Below, piece by piece: positions 45,429 through 57,863 of a stretch of 64,000 nt of DNA (its first letter is position 1; each line of letters starts with the position of its first letter). The stretch lies in the NCBI GenBank assembly GCA_051294375.1, contig CM119267.1, forward strand, positions 2,925,631 to 2,989,630, read 5' to 3'. The position numbers and the translations under genes were made by a program. Source of the DNA: Paraspadella gotoi (lineage: Eukaryota; Animalia; Chaetognatha). The notes below the pieces were generated by a model. That model was not told the DNA's origin. It saw nothing but the letters and a program-made list of their open reading frames with translations, and made no database searches.

Positions 45429-48400
45429 CTAAAAGAGTTCGTATAGTCTTTCTGTCTCGAGTCTGCCTTTTCTAACGCTCTCCGCAACCCAGTCCGGGTT
45501 GACGATATGAAATTTTTTCGATTTTTCCCTTCTGATGCTCCGGTAAGTCTCGGCTCTGTCAGAGCGAACGCAAACGACGTGGGTGAGGCGCGAGTCATCC
45601 AAATTCTCGACGACTTCGCCGCCGAAACGAATCAGATCGAGGGAGACGACTTCTAAAGAAGAATCGAGGTCCCTCGAGGAGGAATCGCTCAACCTTTCAA
45701 GGAGATCCACGTAAAACACTTTTCCGATAAAAACGTGGAAGGGCGACTGACCAACGAGTTCTTCCTTCCATCCCTCGATCGATCCAACGAATCCCGAGAC
45801 ATCGACTGCATCGAAGATCTCCCGCAGCATTTGCTCGTCGACCGGATTCTCGTAGGAGTCGCCAAATTTGTCGAAGCGGCCGCGGAAGGAGAGGCGCACC
45901 TCTTCGGTGGCGACGAGGCAGTCCAAGGGTGCGAGCGGCAGAAGCTTTCTAGCGGCGATGCAACGTAGCAGCCAATCCCCGCGGACGACGAGATACTTGC
46001 CGGTCCTGGAGAAATTCTTAGTCCGAAGGTCGTCCTTGAAAGAGACGATGCAAAACGTAGTCGGCGTAGGATTCTGGGAGATTGTTCCCCCTAATTCTTT
46101 GACCTTGATTTGTAACTCACGCCGAGAAAACATTTTTCTAGGCTCAGAGTCAGTGTCGGTCGAAACCATTTTCTTTAACGGCGACATCGAAGAGGCCAGA
46201 TCCGGAGGATCGTTCAAAATGACGAACTCGTTTCCTCCAAAGGCTTTCGAGGATTCGACGACTTCGTCCAGATCTGGCGCCTCAAAGTTCGGAGCCAATC
46301 GACGCTTAGCGGGGCTGCGGGAGTTGGCGATGCCGTCAAGCTTTCGCCGTTTCGCCGGAGAAGCCGTTGCGTCGGCAGACATGGTCGTCGATAACCCGCC
46401 CACGGCCGTCAGCTTGCCGGCGTTGCTTCGCAACAACGACTCGAAATCTGCCGTGGTCGAGCAATCGGTGAAGCTTTTGTCTGAACGAAAGTTGACGATT
46501 CGCGGAAAGCGAAGTGTGTGACTGACCTTAAAGGCTTCAGATTCGGTCAGTTCCGCCGCTTTGACCTTGAAAAAGAATTGATCTTAAGGTGAGCGATCGA
46601 AATCGAATCACATAAAATTCTAGATTATAGTAAATAAAAATCCATTAAAACCAGAGGCAAGTCATTCGCCTCTTAATCTAAAGGTCCTGCGCTATAGCCC
46701 GCCTAGTTACGATGGACGGAGCGCTTAACCCGCCAGGAGCATGGGTGCTACACTGCTACAGCCTGATGCGAAGCTCAGGGACTGTTACTATATCAATTAA
46801 TTCATAACTATTATTCTGACTCTTCAAGTTAAAACAAGCAGTAAGTCTAAGTACTTATATAAATAAAAATACAAGCTTGACTGAAAGTATAGTTTTTCAC
46901 CTAAAAAAAACCTTTTAAAATGATCGCACCTCGACGACGACCGACTTTTCGGGCCTGATCCACACGTCCGGCTTCTTCCCTTTGCCTTTCATCGACGTGA
47001 GGACGTTGCTGGGTCTCGAACGCTCATCCGTGTTACGAACCAAGGATTGGCGTAGTTTATTATTGAGCTCCTGAAGCTCGAGAAAGGTGTAGCCGCTGCC
47101 TACGCGGCACACGGTGTGGAACTGGGAAGGGACCGAGTCACTCTCGGCGACTTTGTGGCCCAACGCCAACAAGAAGTGAGTCAAGGTGGAAACTGTTCCC
47201 CGATTACCGGCCCCGAAATAACCGCCGACGATGACCAAATCCAACGTCTCCGTCAGAGAATCAACGTACTCGGGTTTGAGTTTTAACCACCCGCCCTTCC
47301 GGCTGTTCGCCTTAAAAGGTAATCAAGGAGGGGGCGGAGTTAACGCGAATCGAGACGCTCGCAATAAGCGATCGACGCTCACTCGATAAAGCGAGGATGA
47401 CGACTTGACGATGACGCCCTCTTCTCTGGCGTCGATGGCGTCGTTGAAGAAAGAAAGCGCTGTTTGATTACGTCGTCCAGTCAAGCGATGGACGTGCATG
47501 AGTCTACCTTCAGTTGGAACGAAGACGTCGTTCGTCAAAATCTGGAACGAGGATCAGGTTTCTTCAGGTTTTATTAAGTTCTTTTTCAATTAAACAGTCA
47601 TATATATCATCCTCGCGTAATATTCACCGAGATCCTCTCTCGAAGAGGCAATCCCGTCAGGACTCGGCCATTAAGATAAAGAACGTCGAAAACGAAGAAA
47701 CAAGGTTGGGGTCCGTCGACCCCGTCGCCGCTCAGACTTTTCACGTCACAGTTGGCGGCTTTGGAGACTCGTGAAGTCGATGAGGCGTCGAAGCCGATCA
47801 TCTCGCCGTCGAGGATCACCGAGGACAGCCCCGACTTGAACGACGAATGAATGTGGCGTGTTAAAGACCTTTCCAAAAATGAATTTGAATAAAATTAAAA
47901 TAAACGAATCAAATAAAAACAAGCGAAAAGGCAGACTCACCCGGAGACGCTAGTTGCTCCGAACTGAGCGGATAAATCGAAATTGTTGCGCGTAAAATAC
48001 TTGTACTTGTCTCCGTCCCGGTGAAGTTGAATTCGTTCGCCATCGAGTTTAGTTTCGAGGAAGAATTCCTCGTTTTCCATCTTTTTCTCGACTTCGGTGG
48101 GAGATTCGCATTTTTCGGCCAGCATCGGTCTGCAGAGAGTGAGAGAGAGAGATAAGAGAGAGATATATATATATATGATTATATATATAAAACGTTAATC
48201 GTGTGAGCCAAGTAAAAAAATACGCTCTTAGTTTCATCAAATGATTGCCTGAAGGGAGTAAAGATTTCAATCTCTATTTCGCAAAGACGCTTCTTCGGGT
48301 CACTCAGGGTCGACGCCAATTTTCGGAGACTGCTGTTGCTGTTGAAGAAATCGTCAGCGTCGGGATGGAAACAGTTTAGGATGGAACGTTGGCCCATTTT

Positions 48401-49170
48401 TATTTTAAGATCCTGATAAGAAAAAATCTAGTCGTTATTATTCTCCTGACAGTATTTATTTCAGCAAAACTTCTTGTCAAATTAACCTTTAAAATCATTC
48501 TTAATAACCACTTCACGTCACGCGCTGACAATTTTTGTAAAAAGACGTGAAACTCGCGCGAGGCTTCACTCTTCCCCTTAGCGCCCTCTTGCTGAGACTT
48601 GGCGAAGGCGTCCAACTGAACATTCACGTCGGACACTGACATCTCGCTCGAATCACGACAAGCCGCTCTTTTTTTCAAAACGAAAAAGACGGTGGACGCG
48701 AAATCACTTTTCGCCGCCGCAGCGGCCGCCAGAGGCGCCTTGTAGTTGAGAAGTCGAACGGCGTCGTCGCTCGTTTTCGAGATGGAAAGCAAATCGATGA
48801 GGAATTTGGCCAGTTTTTGTTCCTTAAGATTGTAAGGCGGTCTTTCCCTGGGTAGATACGGAAGAAGTATACCAATGAACAAAATTAAAACGCTAAATTA
48901 TCTTTACCTGTCCAGGTGAGGTACCAACAACCTAAGCAAATGAAAGGCGTTGTCCGCCGGGTCGCGGGCTTCGTTCGCCAATCGGCGCCAAAATCCGAAG
49001 AGTTTGTCGAAGGCGACTTGAGAGTTTTCGCGGACGTTGGCTTTACCCGTCGAGGAGGTAAGTCGGTCCACGTGATCCAGGAGATCGCAGACTTTGGAAA
49101 AGGGCAGAGTCTTGGCGGAGACACAGTCAGACGGAGAAGAAGCCGACTCATCGCTCGACAACGTATCCAT
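45429..49170 (-). CDS. LIG4: DNA ligase IV
   Basis: LRLLVPHLDR|ERPPYNLKE, motif I ETKLDGER, ILDGEM, FFVFDVL, EEGVIVK, WLKLKPEY, DLVIVGGYFG, RVGSG, TLRFPR, and two C-terminal BRCT domains. Confidence 0.96.
46651..46796 (+). mobile_element. Diverged, 5'-truncated copy of the tRNA-headed SINE, in a LIG4 intron
   Basis: Aligns with 51130-51274 (GAGGCAAGTCATTCGC, AAAGGTCC, GCGCTTAACCCGCC, TACAGCCTGAT.CGAAG.TCAGGGACTG). Confidence 0.75.
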
Positions 49171-49717
49171 TTCTTTATTGATGGAAGGAAACAATTCGCA
49201 TCATCGACGGATCCTTAAGGAAAATTGAAGAAAGATGAATGAGAATGAAAAGTAGATAATAATTTTAAATTTTGTTGTCGAGATTTTATCAGCTTGAAAA
49301 CTAAACGTCATTTCTAAAAATTCGTCATCGCCAATCGCACATTCGATCTTCTTCGGGCTCGATACGGCGAGTTTCGTCATCACAAACGGAAAACAATGAC
49401 ATAAATGACATCATATAGATATCTCTATATCACTGATCTCTACGAAGGAGCGACGAAACATCGAACCGCAGATCCGTAAAAGATAAAAGGCATGGAGAGA
49501 CAAATTCTTTTATGGAATGATCAGAGGTGGTTTAACATCATGGAGGTGTCCAAAAATTAAATGTTTCGCCACTTTGAAGACTTACCTTGGGACTTAACCA
49601 TCGACTATAATTTCTTCTGCAAAATAAAACAAAATCAACAATTGTATATAAAACGGCTATGCATTTCTTAATGCTAACTATTTTCAACTGTCACAAACAA
49701 TTAACACAGTAGAAAAG

Positions 49718-50362
49718 TCATTCCGGTCTGCCGAAGATCTCGTACATCTTCCGACAAAACGTATGCGTTGGAAATCCAACCACATTATCAAAACTTCCAT
49801 TGACAGTGTCGATGAGCGAGGAACAAGCCGTTCCTTGAATGCCGTAAGCTCCGGCCTTGTCCATCGGCTCTCCGGTGGCAACGTAAGCTTTAATCACGGA
49901 CGATGGCAAATCGCCCATCGTGACTTCCGTGGTTTCGTTAAAGACGGTTTCTACGAAGTCGTCGGCTCCCGACGGATCCTTAACAAGCATGCAGACACCG
50001 GTGTAGACGACATGAGTCCGTCCACTCAGCGTAGATAACATCGAGACCGCGTCTTCGGTCGACTTGGGTTTCTCAAAAATTCTTCCGTCGAGAAAGACGA
50101 CGGTATCGGCGCCGACGACGAGGTCCGGCAGTGAAGTCTGGACCTGGCGCCGCCAAACGTCCTTCGCCTTCCCGCGAGCCATTCGCTCCACGTACGATGA
50201 CGGATCTAGAACTTTCGTTTTGTCCACCGTCTCTTCAAAATCCGAGGAGATGATTTCAAAGTCACGAAGTCCGGAGGAGTGAAGAAGAAGTCGGCGTCGC
50301 GGCGACGAACTCGCGAGGACAATTCGCCGCTGACAAAGTTTCGTCAACAGAGGTTCCAACAT
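49718..50362 (-). CDS. ASMTL: Maf-family dTTP/UTP pyrophosphatase (stand-alone ASMTL N-terminal domain), intronless
   Basis: IVLASSSPRR, GADTVV, FEKP, LSGRTHVVYTGV, YVATGEPMDKAGAYGIQG, NVVGFP. Confidence 0.93.
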   Translation of the reverse strand: MLEPLLTKLCQRRIVLASSSPRRRLLLHSSGLRDFEIISSDFEETVDKTKVLDPSSYVERMARGKAKDVWRRQVQTSLPDLVVGADTVVFLDGRIFEKPKSTEDAVSMLSTLSGRTHVVYTGVCMLVKDPSGADDFVETVFNETTEVTMGDLPSSVIKAYVATGEPMDKAGAYGIQGTACSSLIDTVNGSFDNVVGFPTHTFCRKMYEIFGRPE

Positions 50363-50788
50363 GGCCGACAAAGTCTTTTGACGAATTTACTTATTTCCGT
50401 CTGCGAAAGAAGGCACGAAGAAAAACCGTAAAAAAATCGTAAAAAGTGAATCTGTTACATTCGGTAAACGTGTAAATTATATTTTTGACCAGAGATCAAG
50501 ATTTATTTGGTGAGAGATCGTTGGTGTGCGTGTAAAAGGCAACTTTGCTTTATGAGGATGAATTCGTTGCATTGCGGTAAAATATAATTTAAAAAAAAAT
50601 AGTACAAAAAGTTGCGACATACGTGAAAATGTGAATTGGCACAATTGCACTACCTTGTACAAATTATCTCGTAAAAAGATAAAAGAGTTAACAAAAGGAA
50701 TAAAGTTAGCTTGGAATAATTTGTTTTTCTTTTAAATTTTTATTGCAGCGAGTAAAGTTTTCAGAGAAAAATAACTTTTTTCACTGTT

Positions 50789-53700
50789 CTATTCGGGATC
50801 TCCCGAATTGTCCTCTGCCGTTGACAGTCTCGCGTCTTTAAACCTGCGGGCGACCTGTTCTCGAACGACGGATGTAATTTGCTTCATCTGTCGCTCGAGT
50901 TCGGCGCCGTGACCAGAGACGTCGTCCTCGACAGTCTCTTCTCTGGCCGATTCGCGCAAATTTCGGTTGGACTTTTGAAGTTTCTGGTTTTCCGTTTGGA
51001 GGCAGGCTATCGCGTCCTCCTGCTTTTTAACGAGTTCGCGAAGAGAAAAGACCTAAACAGCGACGTCGAAATAAAGTTAATCCTATGGTGGACTAAAATC
51101 CACCAACCGTTCATCAGCGGCCATTGGTGCCGGAGGCAAGTCATTCGCTTCCCAACCCAAAGGTCCGGGGTTCTAGCCCGGTGGCCGCCTAGCAGTTAAG
51201 AGGGACGGGGCGCTTAACCCGCCTGTAACATGGTGTTACAGCCTGATCCGAAGTTCAGGGACTGCTTATATTCAACGGTTCTGTCATTAACACATATCAA
51301 TAATTACTGTCTCTTCAATCCGTATCTTTTCAATCGAAACAAACGGGACGTTGAACACAAAAATAATACCTCCTCATTGAGCCGGGCCAAACAGGTAGAG
51401 AGCGCCTGATAGGCTTCCAAACTTTTCCCTTTCCACTTGTCAATTTGGCCTCGAATGGCCTTCGCTTCTTCGTCCTTTAATTCAGAACTGAGGACAGTGT
51501 TGCCGACAAAGGGCGGCATGAAGCACATGAGCGTGCAGTTGGTCCACCTGTCGCTCAACTTGGAAAATCGGGAGTTGACGATGAGGTCGTCGTCGAATCC
51601 TTCCTTGCGAAAAAACTCGGTGGCGCCGTTGTCGGCGTGAACCACGATGGCGTCGAATGTCCCGAAGAGGGAAGTGTCCTGGAAGGCCAAGTGGATTCGT
51701 TTTTACAAGCGAACGAAAAACGACACCAATGAAATAAAGAAAGAGACGCGACACCTTAATTAGTTCTATCAGTTTATGACCAACGCCCATTCTTCTGTGT
51801 CTCCTGTGGACCGCAACCAACGTCAAGTGAATGATCTTTTCCCCGGGACGGCAATAACTTTTTTCGATCGTGGCGCAGCCGACCAGCCTGAATTCCGGAG
51901 AGAAAACGACGAGTACAAAAATGGTATATAATCAATAAATATAAAAAAAGAGAAAGCCATAAAGATTATTTAATCGTTCAAAATGAAAGCGAAAGCCATA
52001 AAGAAAACCTGTTTTCGATCCCAATGTCGTCGTTTTCGGCGACGACTCCGTCTTTCGATTTCCGTCGTCGTTCGCGGCGACGATCGACGTTTTTAAAAAA
52101 GGTTTTGACTCCGACTGAGAGATCTTCGTCGTCTTCCGCGTCGCTCGCCTCAAAGTAGAAAAATCAGAATCCGAATTCGTTTACGTTTTCAAGTAATATT
52201 AGGAGTGTTAGTTAGAAGTATTAGTCTCAGTAAGTTGGGTCAAAAATTTTATTTCAGCGCCTGCTCCAACAAAAATTTTTACATTTTTAAAAAAAAATTA
52301 GGATAGACAAACAAATTTTTGCGTGACTCTATACTCTATATATTAATTTTTTAATATTTATTTATTAAGAAAGGCAAAACAATTTTTGAAGATTTCTAAA
52401 ATCAGATTTAGCTGGCTTGCAAAAAGTTGTCTGTACAAAGTATAACTCTTATTTCGATATTTTGGTCATAAGTGGGTAAAAAAATGAGAAAAACCGTTTA
52501 AAATCTTCATCATCATCATCTTTCGATAATTTTGTCATTTTTTCTTAATTTTGACCAAGAAAACATAATAATTCTTAAAAGCTGTAATTATAACTTTTAT
52601 TTAACTTTTTATGCTCTATCAGAATCCATCAAAATAATTTAAGACTTATTAAAATTGTTTTTAATCATTATATAGTAATTTTGATAGCAACAAGAAAAGC
52701 ATTAAAATTAAAATTTTTTTAACAAAAATATTTTTCTACCTGAAAGTAGACATCAAGACGAAAGTTTTGTACCCCCGCCCCTTTTGATTTTAATTTTATA
52801 GTAGATAACTCATAATATTGATTTATTTAAAATACCATGTGATTATGTTCACAATTTTATTGCGAGTGTGGCTTCTGTTTAGAGCCTATCCTCACCTGAT
52901 CCGATCCCGACGACGAACTCGAATCAGAAAAGACATTCCTGAATTTAGAGCCAGAGTCCGCGCCTGCGTCGTCGCCGTCAGCCCAGAGGCTGTCCCAAGT
53001 TTCGAAGACATCTTCTCCGTCGGCGACGTCGACGGCGTCATCGACTTTGGACTCGAATTCCGAATCGTCGCCGTTGACTTCTGTGGCGACGTCTCTCGTC
53101 TCGGGTTTCGATCTCGGCGTCGGCGATGAGATGGCGCGAAACCGGTCGGTGCCGGCGATGGTCGAAACGTCGCTCGCGTCCGCGTCATTGGACACGGATC
53201 CGTTGTAGCTTTCGCCGTTTATCCGATGGTCACTGGAGACGACATTCACGTCCAAGGGCAAAGGTTCGCCCTCCTCTTTCTTCGATTCAGTTGGAAAAGA
53301 ATCGATGGGCGTGGCTCCGTAGTTATGATTCTCCTTCTCGGTTTTCCTTCTCGTCGCCACCGGCGTCGTTTGAGTCCTAACGCGGCGTCGCCCCAATCTG
53401 CCTTTAGCGAAACGAAGTTTATACTCCTCTGCGGCCTCCGTCGCTTCCCGCACCAAGAGGATCGTCCGCGCCCACTTTTCCGTTACAGTCGTGTAAAGGA
53501 TTTCCGGGGTTATCTCCGGCAAAGAGACGTCGTACAAAGCAACGGCGGAGTGAAGCAGCTCGCGATTCGGAACTCCGCTCACGACCTCCGCGATCCCCGG
53601 AGTTTGAGGACTCGTTGGAAATCCACGAGGAAAGGCGTCACCGTTAAACGTTTGTCCGCAGACTCCTTCGAGGGGCGATGGCGAATGTTCCAGCGATTGG

Positions 53701-53934
53701 ACGTGTTGACGACGCCATCACCTGATGAAGTATATTATGATATTTAGTAGAATCAAGTACATCAAATTATTAATTATAAATATATTTTGAAGATTTGGAT
53801 GATGGCGATTCACCTTTTGCCTGTAAATATTCATTGTAGCGTTTGAGGTTCCAATTTGACAAATAGCTGCCGTCTTTTTGGCGTCTACTAAACCTTATAG
53901 GTGAAAGTTGAGATTGCACAGAATAAAAGGCCAT
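50789..53934 (-). CDS. GNAT (GCN5-like) acetyltransferase domain protein with acidic insert and C-terminal coiled coil
   Basis: IIHLTLVAVHRRHRRMGVGHKLI (motif A), then VVHADNGATEFFRKEGF (compare GCN5 TYAD..A..YF.KQGF); about 6 exons. An apparent frameshift near 53603 is corrected in the duplicate copy (RVLKTPGIAEV). Confidence 0.8.
51117..51275 (+). mobile_element. tRNA(Gly-CCC-like)-headed SINE with structured body, in a GNAT intron (redundant copy ~60041-60200)
   Basis: Acceptor stem GCGGCCA/TGGCCGC, A-box-like TGGTGCCGGAGG, loop TTCCCAA with a broken anticodon stem, B-box-like GGTTCTAGCCC; related copy at 46651. Confidence 0.75.
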
Positions 53935-54433
53935 AATGGGTCTAAAGTTAAAGTTTTTTAATGTTGGTGGTCCTCGATCCTAGAAGTGACAATTATACGA
54001 ATTAGCTCAACTTTTAGAAACAACAAATAGAGTACATTCCAATATTGGATAAAAGAATCAACCAGACATAACAAAGGGAGAGATCTATTTTCAAAATTCG
54101 ATGTACTAAAATAAAAACAAACAAAAAATTTCAAGTTATTTAACATATTTTTTTTATTATTTACGTTAACCCCACCAGCGAGCGTCTTGCTATCTCGGAA
54201 ATTAAAGAATTACGTCTCTTCCTAGCTACCGAAAGTTACCACGTCGAAATTGAAATTGAACGCACTGAGATCGAACGACATAGTTCTGACGCGAATTCAA
54301 TTCGCCCGAAATTCTTTACTATGGAAATAAAGATGCACAGAAGGCCGCCATCTTGGTTTCGTCTCTCTTCTTCCACGTTGAGAACCAAAAACTTTTTCGT
54401 GGAAAAACAAATGAACAGAAGTTCTGTCAGAAC

Positions 54434-54825
54434 TCCAAAGTCAGGGGCAAGATAGCTTATTTATTAAATGAATGGATAATTTTTATATTGGTTTACCAAT
54501 TTCATAAAATTCAGCTCCTTGTATTTTGATGCTAGTGCGGAGTACAATAAGTATTCCCCGATCTAATACTTAAGGGAGTGGTCTTTTCATACAATTGAAA
54601 CATTCTTTGAAATATTTTCCACTTCATTGATAGGAAGCCAGGTATCTGGGAGTGAATAAACGAGTCTGTGAGAGAGTCTTGATTGAAAGCTTGCAGGGAC
54701 CTGCTATGTCATTATCTTGTAAGAGTGATGGAGGCCTTAACCACCAAAGCCTGTCCAAAATCAGGGGCAAGATAGCTTATTTATTAAATGAATGGATAAT
54801 TTTATATTGGTTGTACCAATTTCAT
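54434..54825 (+). repeat. ~72-bp direct repeat pair (54434-54505, 54754-54825)
   Basis: TCCAAA(G/A)TCAGGGGCAAGATAGCTTATTTATTAAATGAATGGATAATTTT..ACCAATTTCAT occurs twice, 320 bp apart; also present in the redundant copy. Confidence 0.9.
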
Positions 54826-55492
54826 TATATATATACACAATTCTACTTTGTAGTCTTATCCTTATGGTAAAAATAATCATGCAACATAACCTTAATCCCC
54901 CAAAAAATTATCCATTCCCCCTTTTTGTTCGGCCTTGTAGATTTTATGAGTTTCTCATGAATGATTTTCCAACAGGAATGATGTACGATATCTATTAGAA
55001 AACTGTAACTGAAAGTAATCTCACCTTGTGTTGTGTAGATGCACCCTCTATTTCCAGAAGACAACACTAACGTCCCCATCCCAAACAGATAAAAAAATAA
55101 TATATTTAAATATTTAACACAAAAATATTTAACAAATAAATAAAATCATAAATATTAGTTATTTTAAATCTAAAAAATAAGATAGTGAAACAAGTAATTT
55201 TGCAACTTTCATAAAATGCATATAAAAATGGCAAAATTATTTGATTATCGAAACTTCCGAAGTAAAATGATCGATGAAAACCTTTTTCAGTTCAGTATTT
55301 TAGACGCGCGTGAACGGACGTAATTTCAATTCTGACGTTGTACCCAAAAAGTGAGAATAAAAAAACGGCTTCACACGTTGAGAATGAGATGAGAAAGCGA
55401 CGGGAGAACGAGAGGGAGGAAATGTGGAAGGGCAGGGAAGGGGACGAAAGACGAGAGAGAGACGAGAGCAGGAGAAGAGAGAGAGAGAGAGA

Positions 55493-55530
<38 letters not shown>

Positions 55531-55793
55531 AGAACTCGTAAAATTTTTCCCCAAATCATAGGAATCATACAAAATGACTACACCAATGAGTACCCAGTCG
55601 GTACGTAAGGAAAAAAGAAAAAATTCTGGGAACCTGGTTAGGGGCATACTCTTGGCAGGAGTTTACAAGGCGGATTGCTTTATTGCGTACCATCGTTGCG
55701 TACTCGTGCGTACTCTTTGCGTACTTAATACCGTGTAAAACCATATTTCGTACTGGCGTTAATCATAAAGATCGTAAGCGTCAAGGTTTAAGA

Positions 55794-57838
55794 AGTACGA
55801 ACTAATAGAGTGAGATTATTTTGGAGAGCCTACGCCAGCCAAGTACGCAAAGTCCAGTACGCAAAGTGAACAAAAGTACAGCTATAGAGAGATTTTTTGG
55901 AGAGTACGCAGACCAGTACGCAATCATACGCAAAGTGAAAAAAGTACACATATAGAGAAGAATTGTTTTGGAAGTACGGACCAGCCAGTAACGGCAATCA
56001 GTACGCAAAGTGAAAAAAAGTCCACTATAGATGAGATGTTTCTGTGGAGAGTACCTGCAGCCAGTACGTTCAATCATGTAACGCAACAAGTGAAAAAAAG
56101 GTACACCATATAGAGAGATTTTATGGAGAGTATCTGCAGCCAGTACGCAATCAGTACAGCAAAGTTGAACAAAAGTAAACAAACTATATGAGAAAGTTTA
56201 TTTTGGAGAGAAGTACGACAGCAGTACGCAAATCAGTACGCAAAAGTGAAAAAAGTAACACTATAAGGACAGAGATTTTTGTTGGGAGAGTACGCAGCCA
56301 GTAAACGCAATCAGTAACGGCAAAGTGAAAAACAAGTACACTAATAGAGAGATTTTTGGAGACGTACGCAGCCCAGATACGCCAATCATAGTAGCGCAAA
56401 GTGAAAAAAGTACACTAAGTAGAGAAGATTTTTTGAAGTACGGCAGCCAGCTACGAGCAAAATCAAGCTACGCAAACGTGAAAAAAGTACACTATACGAG
56501 AGATTTTCTCTGGAGAGTACCGCAGCCAGTACGACAATTTCTCAGTACGCAAAGTGAAAAAAGTACACTATAAGAGATTTGTTGGAGAGTACGTCAGCAG
56601 TACGCAATCAGTGACGGCAAATAGGTGAAAAAAGTACACTATACGACGAAGAATTTTTTTGAAGAGTACGCAGCCATACGCCAATCAAGTAACGCAAAGT
56701 GAATAAAAAGTACACTATACGAGAGATATTTGGACGAAGTAACGCAGCCAGTACCGCAATCAAGTACGCAAAGTGAAAAAAAAGTACAACTATAGAAGAG
56801 ATTATTTTTGGGAAAGAGTACAGCAGCCAAGTACGCAAGTCCAGTACGCAAAGTGAGAAAAAGTACACTACTAGAGAGATTTTTTGGAGAGTACGCAGCC
56901 AGTACGTGCAATCAATAACGCAAAGTGAAAAAAAGTACACTATAGAGAGAGTTATTTGGAAGAGTGAAGCGCAGCCAGTGACGACATCAGTACGCCAGTG
57001 AAAAAAGATACACTAATTGAGAGATTTTATGAGAGTACGGCAAGCCAGTACGCGCAATCAGCTACAGCAATAGTGAAGAAAAGTACACTATAGAGAGATT
57101 TTTTGTCTGGAAGAGAACAGCCGAACCAGTACCGCAATCAGTAACGGCCAAAGTTGACAAAAAAGTACACTATAGGAGATTTTTGGAGATACCGCAGCAC
57201 AGTACCAGTCAGTACCGCAAGTGAAAAAAGTACATCTAAGAAGAGATTTTTTGGAGAGTAGACGCAGCCACGTATCGCAATCAGTAACCAAAGTTTGAAG
57301 AAAAGTACACTATAGAGGAGATTTTTTTGGAGAGGTACGCAGCGCAGTACGCAATCAGTGACGGCAAAGTGAAAAAAGTACACGTATCAGGAGAATTTTT
57401 TGAGAGGTACGCAGCCCAGTACGCAACTCGTGACGCAAAGTGACAACAAAGTACACTAATAGAAGACGATATTTTGGAGACGTACGCAGACCAGTCACGC
57501 AATCAGTCGCAAAGTGAAAAGTACACTATACAGAAGAGCATTTTTTGGAGAGACACCGCAGGCAGTACGCAATCAGGTACGCAAAAGTGAAAAACGTGAA
57601 ACAACTAAGAGACGATTTATTGGCAGAGTCAACGCAGGCAGTTACGCAATCAGTACGCAAAGTTGAAAAGATAACAGCTATATGAGAGATTTTTGGCAGA
57701 GTACGACGCAGGCCAGTACGCAATGTCAGTAAAGTACCGAAAGGTGAAAAGTACACCCTACAGGAGAGAATTTTTTATTAGGAGAAGCTACACAGCACGC
57801 CAGTAACCGCAATCAGTACGGCAAATGAAAAAGTACAA
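55794..57838. repeat. Tandem satellite, ~67-bp consensus, roughly 28 error-rich copies running into the gap
   Basis: Consensus approximately CAGTACGCAAAGTGAAAAAAGTACACTATAGAGAGATTTTTTGGAGAGTACGCAGCCAGTACGCAAT. Confidence 0.92.
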
Positions 57839-57863
57839 NNNNNNNNNNNNNNNNNNNNNNNNN

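Noticed and set aside
51117-51188. Functional tRNA-Gly(CCC) gene
   Set aside because: The anticodon stem does not pair, the T-loop and D-arm are degenerate, and homology with the 46651 copy extends well beyond the tRNA part.
53590-53615. Programmed frameshift or pseudogenisation in the GNAT gene
   Set aside because: The redundant copy has one more base in the homopolymer, which restores the frame, so it is probably a consensus error.
55794-57838. CRISPR-like array
   Set aside because: The whole unit repeats with no unique spacers, the variation is random indel noise, the context is eukaryotic and there are no cas genes.
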